64,000 bases of DNA from Phyllobates terribilis (Eukaryota). The position numbers and the translations under genes are program-made. The notes beneath the pieces were generated by a model. The model had not been told where the DNA came from. It did no database searches and saw nothing but the letters and a program-made list of their open reading frames with translations. Shown here one piece after another: positions 12,030-35,022 of this stretch. Position 1 is the first letter of the stretch, and each line of letters begins with the position of its first letter. The stretch spans positions 90,024,001 to 90,088,000 of the forward strand of contig NW_027362767.1 in assembly GCF_046119375.1 (NCBI RefSeq), in the 5' to 3' direction.

Positions 12030-13652
12030 CAGTACAGACCAAAAGTTTGGACACACCTTCTCATTTAAAGATTTTTCTGTATTTTCATGACTATGAAAAT
12101 TGTACATTCACACTGAAGGCATCAAAACTATGAATTAACACATGTGGAATTATATACTTAACAAAAAAGTGTGAAACAACTGAAAATATGTCTTATATTC
12201 TAGGTTCTTCAAAGTAGCCACCTTTTGCTTTGATGACTGCTTTGCACACTCTTGGCATTCTCTTGATGAGCTTCAAGAGGTAGTCACCGGAAATGGTCTT
12301 CCAACAATCTTGAAGGAGTTCCCAGAGATGCTTAGCACTTGTTGGCCCTTTTGCCTTCACTCTGCGGTCCAGCTCACCCCAAACCATCTCGATTGGGTTC
12401 AGGTCTGGTGACTGTGGAGGCCAGGTCATCTGGCGAAGCACCCCATCACTCTCTTTCTTGATCATATAGCCCTTACACAGCCTGGAGGTGTGTTTGGGGT
12501 CATTGTCCTGTTGAAAAATAAATGATGGTCCAACTAAACGCAAACCGGATGGAATAACATGCCTCTGCAAGATGCTGTGGTAGCCATGCTGGTTCAGTAT
12601 GCCTTCAGTTTTGAATAAATCCCCAACAGTGTCACCAGCAAAGCACCCCCACACCATCACACCTCCTCCTCCATGCTTCACGGTGGGAGCCAGGCATGTA
12701 GAGTCCATCCGTTCACCTTTTTTGCATCGCACAAAGACACGGTGGTTGGAACCAAAGATCTCAAATTTGGACTCCTCAGACCAAAGCACAGATTTCCACT
12801 GGTCTAATGTCCATTCCTTGTGTTCTTTAGCCCAAACAAGTCTCTTCTGCTTGTTGCCTGTCCTTAGCAGTGGTTTCCTAGCAGCTATTTTACCATGAAG
12901 GCCGGCTGCACAAAGTCTCCTCTTAGTTGTTGTACAGACGTGTCTGCTGCTAGAACTCTGTGTGGCATTGACCTGGTCTCTAATCTGAGCTGCTGTTAAC
13001 CTGTGATTTCTGAGGCTGGTGACTCGGATAAACTTATCCTCAGAAGCAGAGGTGACTCTTGGTCTTTCCTTTCCTGGGGCGGTCCTCGTGAGCCAGTTTC
13101 TTTGTAGCGCTTGATGGTTTTTGCAACTGCACTTGAGGACACTTTCAAAGTTTTCCCAATTTTTCGGACTGACTGACCTTCATTTCTTAAAGTAATGATG
13201 GCCACTCGTTTTTCTTTACTTAGAATTTGTATTATGGCAAGAAAAAAGCAGCTAACAGTCTATTCAGTAGGACTATCAGCTGTGTATCCACCTGACTTCT
13301 GCACAACACAACTGATGGTCCCAACCCCATTTATAAGGCAAGTAATCCCACTTATTAAACCTGAGAGGGCACACCTGTGAAGTGAAAACCATTTCCGGTG
13401 ACTACCTCTTGAAGCTCATCAAGAGAATGCCAAGAGTGTGCAAAGCAGTCATCTAAGAAAAAGGTGGCTACTTTGAAGAACCTAGAATATAAGACATATT
13501 TTCAGTTTCACACTCTTTTGTTAAGTATATAATTCCACATGTGTTAATTCATAGTTTTGATGCCTTCAGTGTGAATGTACAATTTTCATAGTCATGAAAA
13601 TACAGAAAAATCTTTAAATGAGAAGGTGTGTCCAAACTTTTGGTCTGTACTG
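12030..13652 (-). mobile_element. Tc1-like DNA transposon, DD38E (Intruder-type), full length but inactivated
   Basis: TA at 12028-29 and 13653-54; TIRs 12030-12297 and 13388-13652; transposase pieces at 12193-12789 and 12996-13205; 38 residues between the second D (QDNDPKH) and E (NPIE); the first catalytic D reads E (WSEESK). Confidence 0.92.
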
Positions 13653-13656
13653 TATA

Positions 13657-14757
13657 TTATGGGGGAAATAATTATTTGATCCCTTGCTGTTTTTGTAAGT
13701 TTTCCCACTGACGAAGACATGAATAGTCTATAATTTTAAGGGTAGGTTAATTTTAACATTGAGAGATAGAATATCCCCCCCAAAAAATCAAGAAAATCAC
13801 ATTGTATAAATTAGATACATTTATTTGCATTTTAAAATAATAAATAAGTATTTGATCACCTACAAACCATTACGAGTTCTGGACCTTCACAAAGCTGGAA
13901 TGAGCTACAAAACCATAAGTAAGATGCTGGGTGAGAAGGAGACAACTGTTGGTGCAATAGTAAGAAAATGGAAGAAATACAAAATGACTGTCAATCGACA
14001 TCAATCTGGAACACCATGCAAAATCTCACCTCGTGGGGTATCCTTGATCATGAGGAAGGTGAGAGATCAGTCTAAAATTACACGGGGGGAACTTGTTAAT
14101 GATCTTAAGGCAGTTGGTACCACAGTCGCCAAAGGGGACATGAAGACTGCACCGTACTGAAGGGAACATGGATGGGGTCATGTATCGCAAGATTTTTCCA
14201 ACAACCTCCTTCCCTCAGTAAGAGCATTGAAGATGGGTTGTGGCTGGGTCTTCCAGCAAGACAATGACCCGAAACATACAGCCAGGGCAACAAAGGAATT
14301 GCTCAAAAAGAAGCACAGTGAGGTCATGGAGTGGCCTAGCCAGTCTCCAGGCCTTAATCCCATAGAAAACTTATGGAGGGAGTTGAAGCTCCGAGTTATC
14401 AAGCGACGGTCTCAAAATCTGAATGATTTAGAGATGATCTGCAAAGAGGAGTGGACCAAAATTCCTCCTGACATGTGCACAACCCTCATCATCAACTACA
14501 AACAACGTCTGACTGCTGTGCTGCCAACAAGGGTTTTGCCACCAAGAATTGAGTGTTTGCCAGAGGGATCAAATACTTATATCTCACTGCAAAATGCAAA
14601 TAAATTTATATAATTTATACAATGTGATTTTTTTTGGGCTATTCTATCTCTCAATGTTAAAATTAACCTACTCTTAAAATTATAGACTGTTCATGTCTTT
14701 GTCAGTGGGCAAACTTACAAAAACTGCAAGGGATCAAATAATTATTTCGCCCACTAT
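13657..14757 (+). mobile_element. Tc1-like transposon (DD34E), internally deleted, abutting the previous element
   Basis: About 200-bp inverted termini (GGGGGAAATAATTATTTGATCCC / GGGATCAAATAATTATTTCGCCC); HTH part in 13825-14160 and DD34E part in 14227-14613. Confidence 0.88.
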
Positions 14758-14767
14758 GTATGTGTGA

Positions 14768-15569
14768 TATATAATCGTCTTATCCCATCTGTCTGTCCTT
14801 CTGTCCAGGAAATCTCGCGTCGCTGATTGGTCCGGCCGCGGCCAATCAGCGACGCGGGATTTCAGAAAAAGATGGCGGCCGTTAGCGGCTCATCTGCCGC
14901 ACGGAGGTCAGCGGCGATGCAGCCGGGAGATGACCGGCGCTAGCTGGTCATCTTCCGGCTGCTCGCAGCAGAAGTACCCCGACTGGCGGCGCTGCTGACC
15001 TCCATGCGGCTACCGTCGGGAGATGAGCGGCTAGGGCCGCTGATCTCCCGACGGCAAGTGTGAAGGGAGGACCAGGGAGCTGCGCCGCCGGTCGGGATAC
15101 TTCTGCTGCGAGCAGCCGGTCATCTCCCGGCTGCTCGCAGCGGAAGTACCAGCACAGGCAGCGCCGCTCCCCGGTCCTCACTAATACTATTCCGCGACCA
15201 ATCAGCGATATTGGCGCCAAATATAAACACCGCTCTGCACAGAGGTCAGCGGCGATGCAGCCGGGAGATGACCGGCGCTAGCTGACCTCCATGCGGCTAC
15301 CGTTGGAAGATCAGCGGCTAGGGATGCTGATCTCCCGAGGGCTAGTGTGAAGGGAGGACCGGGGAGCCGCGCCGCCGGTCGGGATACTTCTGCTGCGAGC
15401 AGCCGGTCATCTCCCGGCTGCTCGCAGCAGAAGTACCCACATAGGCAGCGCCGTTCCCCGGTCCTCACTAATACGGTTCGTTGATTGGTCGCGGCCGCTG
15501 GCCGCTACCAATCAGCGATATTGGCACCAAAGTGCCGAGTGTATTGAGCGAGGCTGAACATGTCTAGTT
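14768..15569 (+). repeat. GC-rich non-autonomous element with an internal direct duplication and hairpins (Helitron-like?)
   Basis: About 300-bp internal duplication (14900-15190 vs 15240-15475); 22-bp perfect hairpin at 15385-15435; ends ...CATGTCTAGT. The class assignment is weak. Confidence 0.35.
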
Positions 15570-15927
15570 GGAATGTGGCCAGAAGCATGCAATTCACATA
15601 ATTGCAGTCACATGACGCCCGCTCCTGGCACCGGAGAATCCGCAGTGCGCAGTCATAGTGACTGCAGACTTGTACCCAAAGGTTGAGCAACCCCTAAAGA
15701 CACAGTAAGCAGAAATCTTGAATACTGGGCAGAAGTACAGACTGTAACCGTAGATTGCACTTTTTTTTTCCCTTTCTTATGCTATAGCTATAGTGATTCT
15801 TATGTACTTATCATGTGTTCATGTAACAGTTTTCTGTCTGACTTTCAGTTTTTATAACTTTTTTGCCATGAAATAATTTCTTTTAATATTATTTCTGTAT
15901 TTTTCTATTGCAGGTTAGGGTGATTAG

Positions 15928-25681
<9,754 letters not shown>

Positions 25682-26530
25682 CCGACCATTTTGCCTTTAT
25701 CAACAGAGGATTCTTCATACTGCAGCCGCATCTTTTCTTTTAGAGACTTTCAAAACTCTTCTAGAAAGGGAGCGACGTCACTTCTGGAAGAACGTGAAAT
25801 AAATTGGATGTAGAGACTAAAGATTACATATGGTCCTTGTCATGTTATTACTTGGCTTTTTACTTCAAGTTATGACAAGGAAATCCAGTTTTAAATTATA
25901 TCACAAATTAATTTAAGTTTTGAAATAAATAGGAGATGTTAAAAAAAAAAGAATATTTACAACCAATGTTAACCTCTTTGTATACTTCATCACTGGCAGT
26001 TTCCTGGAAAATTGTCTGCTGTAAAATAAATTTCTTAATGGTTGTAGTCTGATTGTGTAGTTATTTGTGCGATGGGACCTTTTCCTGTTCACAAGGTCTT
26101 GGTTCAATGACCTACTTAAAGAGGTCGTCCACTACTTTATCATTGATGACCTATGCTTACGATAGGTCGTCAATGTGTGATCGGCCGGGGTCCGGCACCC
26201 CCGCCTATCAGCTGTTCTCGTTGTCGGCGGTAGTGGACAACCCATTTAAGCCTTTTAAGTCCTTGTTAAACAACTCTTAAAGTGCTAGTCAGACTCATTA
26301 ATGAAAACTTTCAAAGTACATGCACATGGAGTTTTGGATGCAGAAACTGAATGGAAACTCTCCCAAATGTAAAAACGCCTCAACAACTTTGAGTTTCTTC
26401 TCTGAAAACTCAGCAAAAAGACTCCTTGCGCACATAGCTTTAGGGTATTTTGACTTGGATTTTCAAAGGAAGAAGACCAACATCATCTGGTATAAGATTT
26501 ATTTTTTTTATTGTCTGCAGTTATTATATT

Positions 26531-26777
26531 CTTAATATGTAAATGAGTGGTTAAGATTTATGGGCCGGACATAGATCTCGCTGAGAATCTGCCTCCAGAG
26601 CTTATTTTATATGAAAGGTGTTACCAGTGTGAGACATGTAATGACTTACAGTCTGCTCTCCTGATCTACATGTCTCACACTGGTAACGACCCATTTAACT
26701 TAAAATAAGCCCTGGAGGCAGATTCTCGGGGAGATCTATGTCTGGCCCATAGATCTTAACAGCTCATTTACATATTA
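26531..26777. repeat. Near-perfect palindrome (MITE core)
   Basis: CTTAATATGTAAATGAG...ACATGTA mirrors TACATGT...CTCATTTACATATTAAG around a spacer of about 25 nt. Confidence 0.75.
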
Positions 26778-26958
26778 AGAAAAATCTGGAATTAAAGATC
26801 GGATCGCAGATAATAAGGTGGTATTTTATTCAGCTTCCTATGACCTTCATGTCCATATAGACGGCTTAGGAGGGCTGATCCTACCGACAGATTTTATTTC
26901 AATGCTGCTGGGCACCATACGTCCTAGTGTGGCTCCCTTACTATATACAGGTGATGTA

Positions 26959-28598
26959 CACTGCTCAAAAAAATAAAGGGAACACTTACATTCTGTTGTT
27001 TAACTCCAAGTGAATCAAATGTCAGTGAAATCAAACTCTCCACTTAGGAAACAACACTGACAATCAATTTCACATGCTGTTGTGCATATGGAATAGACAA
27101 TGGATGGAAATTATTGGCAATTATCAAGACACACTCAATAAAGGAGTGGTTCTGCAGATGGGGACCACAGACCACATCTCCGTACCAATGCTTTCTGCCT
27201 GATGTTTTGGTCACTTTTGAATGTTGGTTGTGCTTTCACACTTGTGGTAGCATGAGACGTACTCTACAACCCACAGAAGTTGCTCAGGTAGTGCAGCTCA
27301 TCCAGGATGGCACATCAATGCGAGCTGTGGCAAGAAGGTTTGCTGTGTCTGTCAGCGTAGTGTCCAGAGGCTGGAGGCTCTACCAGTAGACAGGCCAGTA
27401 CACCAGGAGACGTGGAGGGGGCCGTAGGAGGGCAACAACCCAGCAGCAGGACCACTACCTCCGCCTTTGTGCAAGGAGGAACAGGAGGAGAACGGCCAGA
27501 GCCTTGCAAAATGACCTCCAGCAGGCCACAAATGTGCATGTGTCTGCACAAACAGTTAGAAACCGACTCTATGAGGGTGGTATAAGGGCCTGACATCCAC
27601 AGATGGGGGTGGGCTCACAGCCCAACACCATTATTGGATGCTTTGCATTTACCACAGAACCCCAGGATTGGCAAAGTCGCCACTGGCACCCTGTGCTCTT
27701 CACAGATGAAAGCAGGTTCACACTGAGCACATGTCAAAGAGTCTGGAGACGCCGTGGAGAGCGATCTGCTGCCTGCAACATCCTTCAGCATGACCTGTTT
27801 GGCAGTGGGTCAGTAATGGTGTGGGGTGGCATTTCTTTGGAGGGCCGCACAGCCCTCCATGTGCTCGCCAGAGGTAGCCTGATTGCCATTAGGTACCGAG
27901 GTGAGACCCTCAGACCCCTTGTGACACCATATGCTGGTGCGGTTGGCCCTGGGTTCCTCCTAATGCAGGACAATGCCAGACCTCATGTGGCTGGAGTGTG
28001 TCAGCAGTTCCTGCAAGATGAAGGCATTGAAGCTATGGACTGGCCCGCCCGTTCCCCAGACCTGAATCCGATTGAGCACATCTGCGACATCATGTCTCGC
28101 TCCATCCACCAACGTCACGTTGCACCACAGACTGTCCAGGAGTTGGCGGATGCTTTAGTCCAGGTCTGGGAGGAGATCCCACAGGAGACCATCCGCAACC
28201 TCATCAGGAGCATGCCCAGGCGTTGTAGGGAGGCCATACAGGCACGTGGAGGCCACACACAATACTACAGCCTCATCAGGAGCATGTCCAGGCGTTGTAG
28301 GGAGGTCATACAAGCACGTGGAGGCCACACACAATACTGAGCCTCATTTTGACCTGTTTTAAGGACATTACATCAAAGTTGGATCAGCCTGTAGTGTGTT
28401 TTTCCACTTTAATTTTGGGGGTGACTCCAAATCCAGGCTTCCATTGGTTAATAAATTTGATTTCCATTGATGATTTTTGGGTGATTTTGTTGTCAGCACA
28501 TTCAACTTTGTACAGAACAAAGTATTCAATGAGAATATTTCATTCATTCAGATCTAGGATGTGTTATTTCAGTGTTCCCTTTATTTTTTTGAGCAGTG
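26959..28598 (+). mobile_element. Tc1 transposon (DD34E), full length, 1640 bp, inactivated
   Basis: TA flanks at 26957-58 and 28599-600; TIR CACTGCTCAAAAAAATAAAGGGAACACT; transposase from ATG 27252 has an early TAG and frameshifts; DESRF, QDNARPH and PDLNPIE lie in 27603-28340. Confidence 0.95.
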
Positions 28599-30289
28599 TA
28601 TGTATTACAGATAACAATATGGCAAAGTTACGCAACTAAGAAAAAAAATAGGATGTCCTACACATAACAGTGCAGTGAATATCTGATTACAGAAGAAACA
28701 CATAATTACTGTCATTGTGGTTTCAAAACTTCAGTGCAGAAACCAAAGTTCCTCCTCTATCCTACGCCATCTCCTACATGTGTTAACCCTTAATAGACCC
28801 ACACACCTCAGAAGAAGAATCTGAAGAAGCATTACATGTTCTGCAATGTAAAGGGAAGCTGTAATCCAATTCATCCTGCCTGTGGTTCTGGCAATGTTCT
28901 TGCAGTCGTGTAGGGTTTAGGGTATGTCCACACATTTCATAAAAATCTGCTGCAACTACTGATGTGCTGGCAGGAAAAAAATCCAGCATAAAATATGTAC
29001 ATTTTTTTGTGTGGGTTTTTCCCTCATGTATTTGGAATGGGTGAAAAACACTGAAAGAGTTGATATATTGCAGATATGAAACAGCTTCAAATCAGCAAGG
29101 AAAAAATAAGCAGTGTCTGCATGAGATTACAGACATCTCATTCACTTTACTGGTACAGTAAAATGCTGTCTAGCGGGGTGGGGAGAAGAGGCTGGGGACC
29201 ACTCACTGACTAGTCTGGGAGTATGAATCATGACAGGTTCCCTTTACTGCAACTTTACTCCTACACCTCATCACATATTTTCCATATTTCCTTTGATCTG
29301 CTAAAGAAAACTAGGTTTATTCAATGGACTATGATGACATCTGGAGTGCTCTCCGTATTCTGCTAATGCCACAATATAAGGATTTGTTTTAAGACCATTT
29401 CTTTGAAGGTATAAGTTTCTCCCTCTTTTTATCTTTAGAATATGTTTTCTTAATGATCTCTTCAGTGTAAGTTGTTTTTTTGGGAGTTTTTGGAGCAGAA
29501 ACTGTGGAAATCTTCAAATCCTCCCCCAAAAAATCGGTTAAAACTCAGCAAAATAACTCAGTGTTCATGTACCCTAAGAATATGTGCACACTTCATGTTA
29601 TTAGGTGGATACCGCCTGAAAAAGCACAGCAATATGGTTGAAAGAAATGAACATAATGCACAGCAATGTAAAAACCACATTGCTGTGCATACGTTTAGTC
29701 TCATGTCACTTCTTTTAACTGCTTCAGGGATCGCAAACTGTGAAGCGGTTAAAAGAAGTAACGTTCAGTCTTCGGGCGGCTTCATACATTTGAAAGTGAG
29801 GAGCAAAGGCAGTGGAGCAGATAACGACAGTGATGCAGATTCAGCTGGCAGAACAAAGACGACATGGGCTCGTACCCTAACCTAGTGATTTACAAAATGG
29901 ATTTGTAACCAGGGTTTTTGTTTTCCAATCGGAGCGCAGCATCAAATTTCGGCAGAGGCCCTACTGATCAGCTGTTATTACCTCCGGCAGTGGTTAGACG
30001 TAAACGCTATCACGGCTGCAGCCAAACAGTAGAGACCGAGGCAGTGGCAGAGACACTGCTGAACCCAGGGAAGATAAGTAAAGTGAAAAAAAATCCCAAA
30101 GGCATATTGCCCAGAAACACACAATCGGTGCCACTGACTGTGTGCAGCTGTGAGCACAAAACTCCAAAGACATATATAACATCAGAAGGAAAGGAGTTTT
30201 TTCAAAAATGATAAAAAATGTATAAACTTTATTGACAATTAATTTGAGCAAGACAATACATATAAAAAGAGACGTGAGCCGGAAAAAAG

Positions 30290-30780
30290 CGGACGCGGCA
30301 AAGATTGACTACCTTGACGTCAGCCTGGAGGTTGATTGTGACTTCTCCATCAGGACTGACGTATTTAGGAAGGCAACAGCCGTGAATTCACTGATTCATG
30401 CCTCCCCTGCACATAATCCCGCAACCATTAGAGCTGTCCCGGTTGGACAGTTCCTGAGGGTTAGGCGGATCAGCTCCTCCCCTGAGGACTTTGAGGACCA
30501 GGCCAGGTCTCTGAGGTCAAGGTTTCTCCAACGTGGCTACAGTAAACGTTCAATCAAAAGGGGATATAATAGAGCCAAGGCAACACCTCGTTCCTAACTG
30601 TTATATGGTCATAGAAAAATTAAATCAGTTGAAAATCAGACACGTTTTATTACCACATATAATACCAAGTGGAATGACATGCGTACCATCCTTAAGAGAC
30701 ATTGGCCTATACTTACAGAACCCTCTCTTGCGGGATCCATTGGAGATTTCCCGTCCATGACGTCTAGGAGAGCATTTTAG
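30290..30780 (+). mobile_element. Penelope-like retroelement fragment (RT C-terminal region)
   Basis: IDYLDVSLE...TDVFRKATAVNSLIHAS..H......VPVGQFLRVRRISS...RFLQRGY, then ITTYNTKWNDMRTILKRHWPIL; typical of the PLE RT thumb/linker. Confidence 0.8.
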
Positions 30781-31736
30781 TAAACTGCTTTTTTTTTTTT
30801 TAAGACAATGAATTGATCCGGCAGGCAAGTTTTCAGAAAGGGGGCAACCACTTCTTCCAGAAATTGGACGTACTGATACATGCAATTTTGGGTATTGTCT
30901 ATGATGCAGCTCAGGAGCTGAGTCCACATTGTACTTGAGAGATGATGGTTGTATTACACAGCCAGCATCTGCCTCTGACTGCAGCTCTTCTTACTGTTGT
31001 TAACCCTGTAAATGCTAATGGCAATCTCTGACAGCAGCATTTAAGGTCTATGCGCCCATCCCACCTCTGCCCACCAACAACCCAAGTGCGGGGGTGGCCA
31101 CTGGTAGCCTTGATCGCCAAGGTCCTGCTGAAGGCCCCTGTGACTGCCATGATGGTGTTTTGAAGGCTAGCCTGTGGCTGGGCTTCATAGGAGACCGTGA
31201 TTTTTTCTTCTATATACTGCAATACTGTGGTGTTACAGTACATAGATCAAGCGATAAGACGATCGCAGGTTCAAGTTCCCCAAGAGGACTAAAAAAATGA
31301 AAAGTAAAATAAAATAATATAATGAAATCTAATCACCACCATTAAAATAAAGAAATAAACATATTTGTTATTGCTGCGTTTGTAAAAGTCAGATCTATCA
31401 AAATATAAAATTAACCTGTACAGTAAAAGCCGTAAAGAGAAAACACATTGACACACCAGAAGTGTTTTTTTTTCTTTCAGTCAAGCAAACACAAAAAAAT
31501 GGACAGCATCGGGCTGCAACTAGTCAGCAGATCCATAGACTTGGATTGAGCTCTTCGATTGTCCACAGCACAACCAAAATACTGCCTGACGAACTAGTTT
31601 ATAAAAGTGAGACGGACAAGTGGCTGGAGGGTTTCATCTCCCAACAAATTCCAGTGTCAGCTGCAACTAAAAATAACGTGTCATGACACTGTGAGCTCCA
31701 GAGAGCGACGGGACAGTGACCAAGACAGGAGCGAAA

Positions 31737-34700
31737 ATGATCAAATACGACATGAAGACGCTGAGATTTATCGGGGCCGAGTGCTTAATATCCAACCAGG
31801 AATATGCTAAGGAACATATCAGGAGCCTGGCACATAATCTGTACCCCCTCTTACTCAAGGCTTGCTACATGCATGAAAAAGAAGAATTAATTGTTCTGTT
31901 GTTGGAGAACTGGCCTCAGCAAGAATTCAACTTTGGCAAACTATTGGGCAAGACACTGGACTACCCAGAAGATATCAGCCACTGGGCATGCCATCGAAGC
32001 CTGACAGCTTGTCTGAAGGGCTTGAAGAACTATGTACTGAACTCTTCAACCACCTATGCAAAAAGACTTAAAGCTGTGGACCTGACATCAATTCAAGACG
32101 TTGAATTTCAGCCGTGCCAATGTAAGAAGTCACTAGGAAGGTGGGCAAGGACGGAGATGATTTCACAGCTATGTTTTGAACTTCTGGTGGAGATTCAGAG
32201 ATTTAATTTCCATTCCTCCATATTTGAAATTGACATTGATATCTTCTGTAACCTCTTTGTCACAGAGAAGAACTATGAACTTGTGGTCCAAGCCTTACTG
32301 ATGCGATGTCACTGCCCCCTGAAGATAAGATGTGTAGACTTTAGGGTAGATAATTTAGCCTTGAGAAAGCTTTTTTATATCATAAAACTTGTAGAGCCCA
32401 ATTCTATCCACAAGTTGGAAATAGTTCACAACGTCCGCTTACAAGATTACCATCTTGAGGTCCTTCTAAATAATCTCACTTTCCCACAACTTCGGTCTCT
32501 CACCCTGCCAACAAGGACTTTCAATGTTGAACATTATACACCAGAAGATGATGCCTTATTAAGTACCATTGGCGAGAAACTAAGCAACATGGTCCATCTC
32601 ACAGAGCTAAGTGTTTCCTTCTCTACGCTTACAGGACGGCTGAGAAAGCTGCTCAGGTACATTTTATACATTTCATATATCTCAAAATAAAGAAAACGCA
32701 AATTTCTACGCAAATTATGCTGATTTCAGATGTTCGTGTGTGGACCGGCCCTGGGTCTCCTGACCTAGACTCAATAGCCTCATATATGCTTATGACGCTG
32801 TCAATGTCAGAATACCCTCTGCCAGTCTATGCTTCGTGGTCCGTACTCAGACAGTGATACACAGACCTCTCATTTTGCCCTAATTCACACATTACAGTCT
32901 AGATCAGGGGTGGGAAATTACTTTTCCCGAGGGGCCACATGATAGACCATGACTGTTGTGGAGGGCAGAACCCATAGGCTGAAATTAATTCTGCTCAATA
33001 TTAATATTGATTATAATTATTATCTTATATTAACTGTAAAACTTAATATAGAGCAGAATTAAGTATGCTGTCATCCCTCCTATATACCCTATGAGCCCAC
33101 ACATAGCCCCCCTATATACAGTATGAGCCCCAACACTAACCCCTGTATACAGTATGAGCCCCCACACAATCCTCCTATATACAGTATGAGCCTCCCATAT
33201 ACAGTATGAGACCACACACATCCCCCCTATAAATAGTATGAACCCCCATATAGCCTCCCTATATATAGTATGAGTCCACATACAGCCCCCTATATACAGT
33301 ATGAGCCCACTCACATCCCTCTATCTCTATATACAATATAAGCCCCCACACTGCCCCCAGTATACAGTATGAGCCCTAACACTGCCCCCTATATACAGTA
33401 TGAGCCCTCACACAGTCCACCTATATAAAGTATGAGTCCCCATATACAGTATGGGTCCACACACAGCCCCCTATATATAGTACGAGTCCACATACAGCCC
33501 CTTATATACATTATGAGCCTACACACATCCCTCTATATATAATATGAGCCCCAACACAGCCCCCTGCATACAGTATGAGTCCCCACACAATCTCCCTATA
33601 TATAGTATGAGCAAACATATAGCCCCCTATATTCAGGCACACATCGCATATATGACCAAAAGTTTGGACACACCTTCTCATTTAAAGATTTTTCTGTATT
33701 TTCATGACTATGAAAATTGTACATTCACACTTAAGGCATCAAAACTATGAATTAACACATGTGGAATTATATACTTACCAAAAAAGTGTGAAACAACTGA
33801 AAATATGTCTTATATTCTAGGTTCTTCAAAGTAGCCACCTTTTGCTTTGATGACTACTTTGAACACGCTTGGCATTCTCTTGATGAGCTTCAAGAGGTAG
33901 TCACCGGAAATGGTTTTCACTTCACAGGTGTGCCCTGTCAGGTTTAATAAGTGGGATTTCTTGCCTTATAAATGGGGTTGGGACCATCAGTTGTGTTGTG
34001 CAGAAGTCTGGTGGATACACAGCTGATAGTCCTACTGAATAGACTGTTAGAATGTGTATTATGGCAAGAAAAAAAGCAGCTAAGTAAATAAAAACGAGTG
34101 GCCACCATTACTTTTAGAAATGAAGATCAGTCAGTCCGAAAAATTGGGCAAACTTTGAAAGTGTCCCCAAGTGCAGTTGCAAAAACCATCAAGCGCAACA
34201 AAGAAACTGGCTCACATGAGGACCGCCCCAGGAAAAGAAGACCAAGAGTCACCTCTGCTTCTGAGGATAAGTTTATTCGAGTCACCAGCCTCAGAAATCG
34301 CAGGTTAACAGCAGCTCAGCTTAGAGACCAGATCAATGCCACACAGAGTTCTAGCAGCAGACACATCTCTTCAACAACTGTTAAGAGGAGACTTTATGCA
34401 GTAGGCTTTCATGGTAAAATAGCTGCTAGGACACAACTGCTAAGGACAGGCAACAAGCAGAAGAGACTTGTTTGGGCTTGTTTTCGGACTGACTGACCTT
34501 CATTTCTTAAAGTAATGATGGCCACTTGTTTTTCTTTACTTAACTGCTTTTTTCTTGCCATAATACAAATTCTAACAGTCTATTCAGTAGGACTATCAGC
34601 TGTGTATCCACCTGACTTCTGCACAACACAACTGATGGTCCCAACCCCATTTATAAGGCAAGAAATCCCACTTATTAAACCTGACAGGGCACACCTGTGA

Positions 34701-34969
34701 ATTGAAAACCATTTCCGGTGACTACCTCTTGAAGCTCATCAAGAGAATGCCAAGAGTGTGCAAAGCAGTCATCAAAGCAAAAGGTGGCTACTTTGAAGAA
34801 CCTAGAATATAAGACATATTTTCAGTTGTTTCACACTTTTTAGTTAAGTATATAATTCAACATGTGTTCATACATAGTTTTGATGCCTTCAGTGTGAATG
34901 TACAATTTCCAAAGTCATGAAAATACAGAAAAATCTTTAAATGAGAAGGTGTGTCCAAACTTTTGGTCT

Positions 34970-35022
<53 letters not shown>

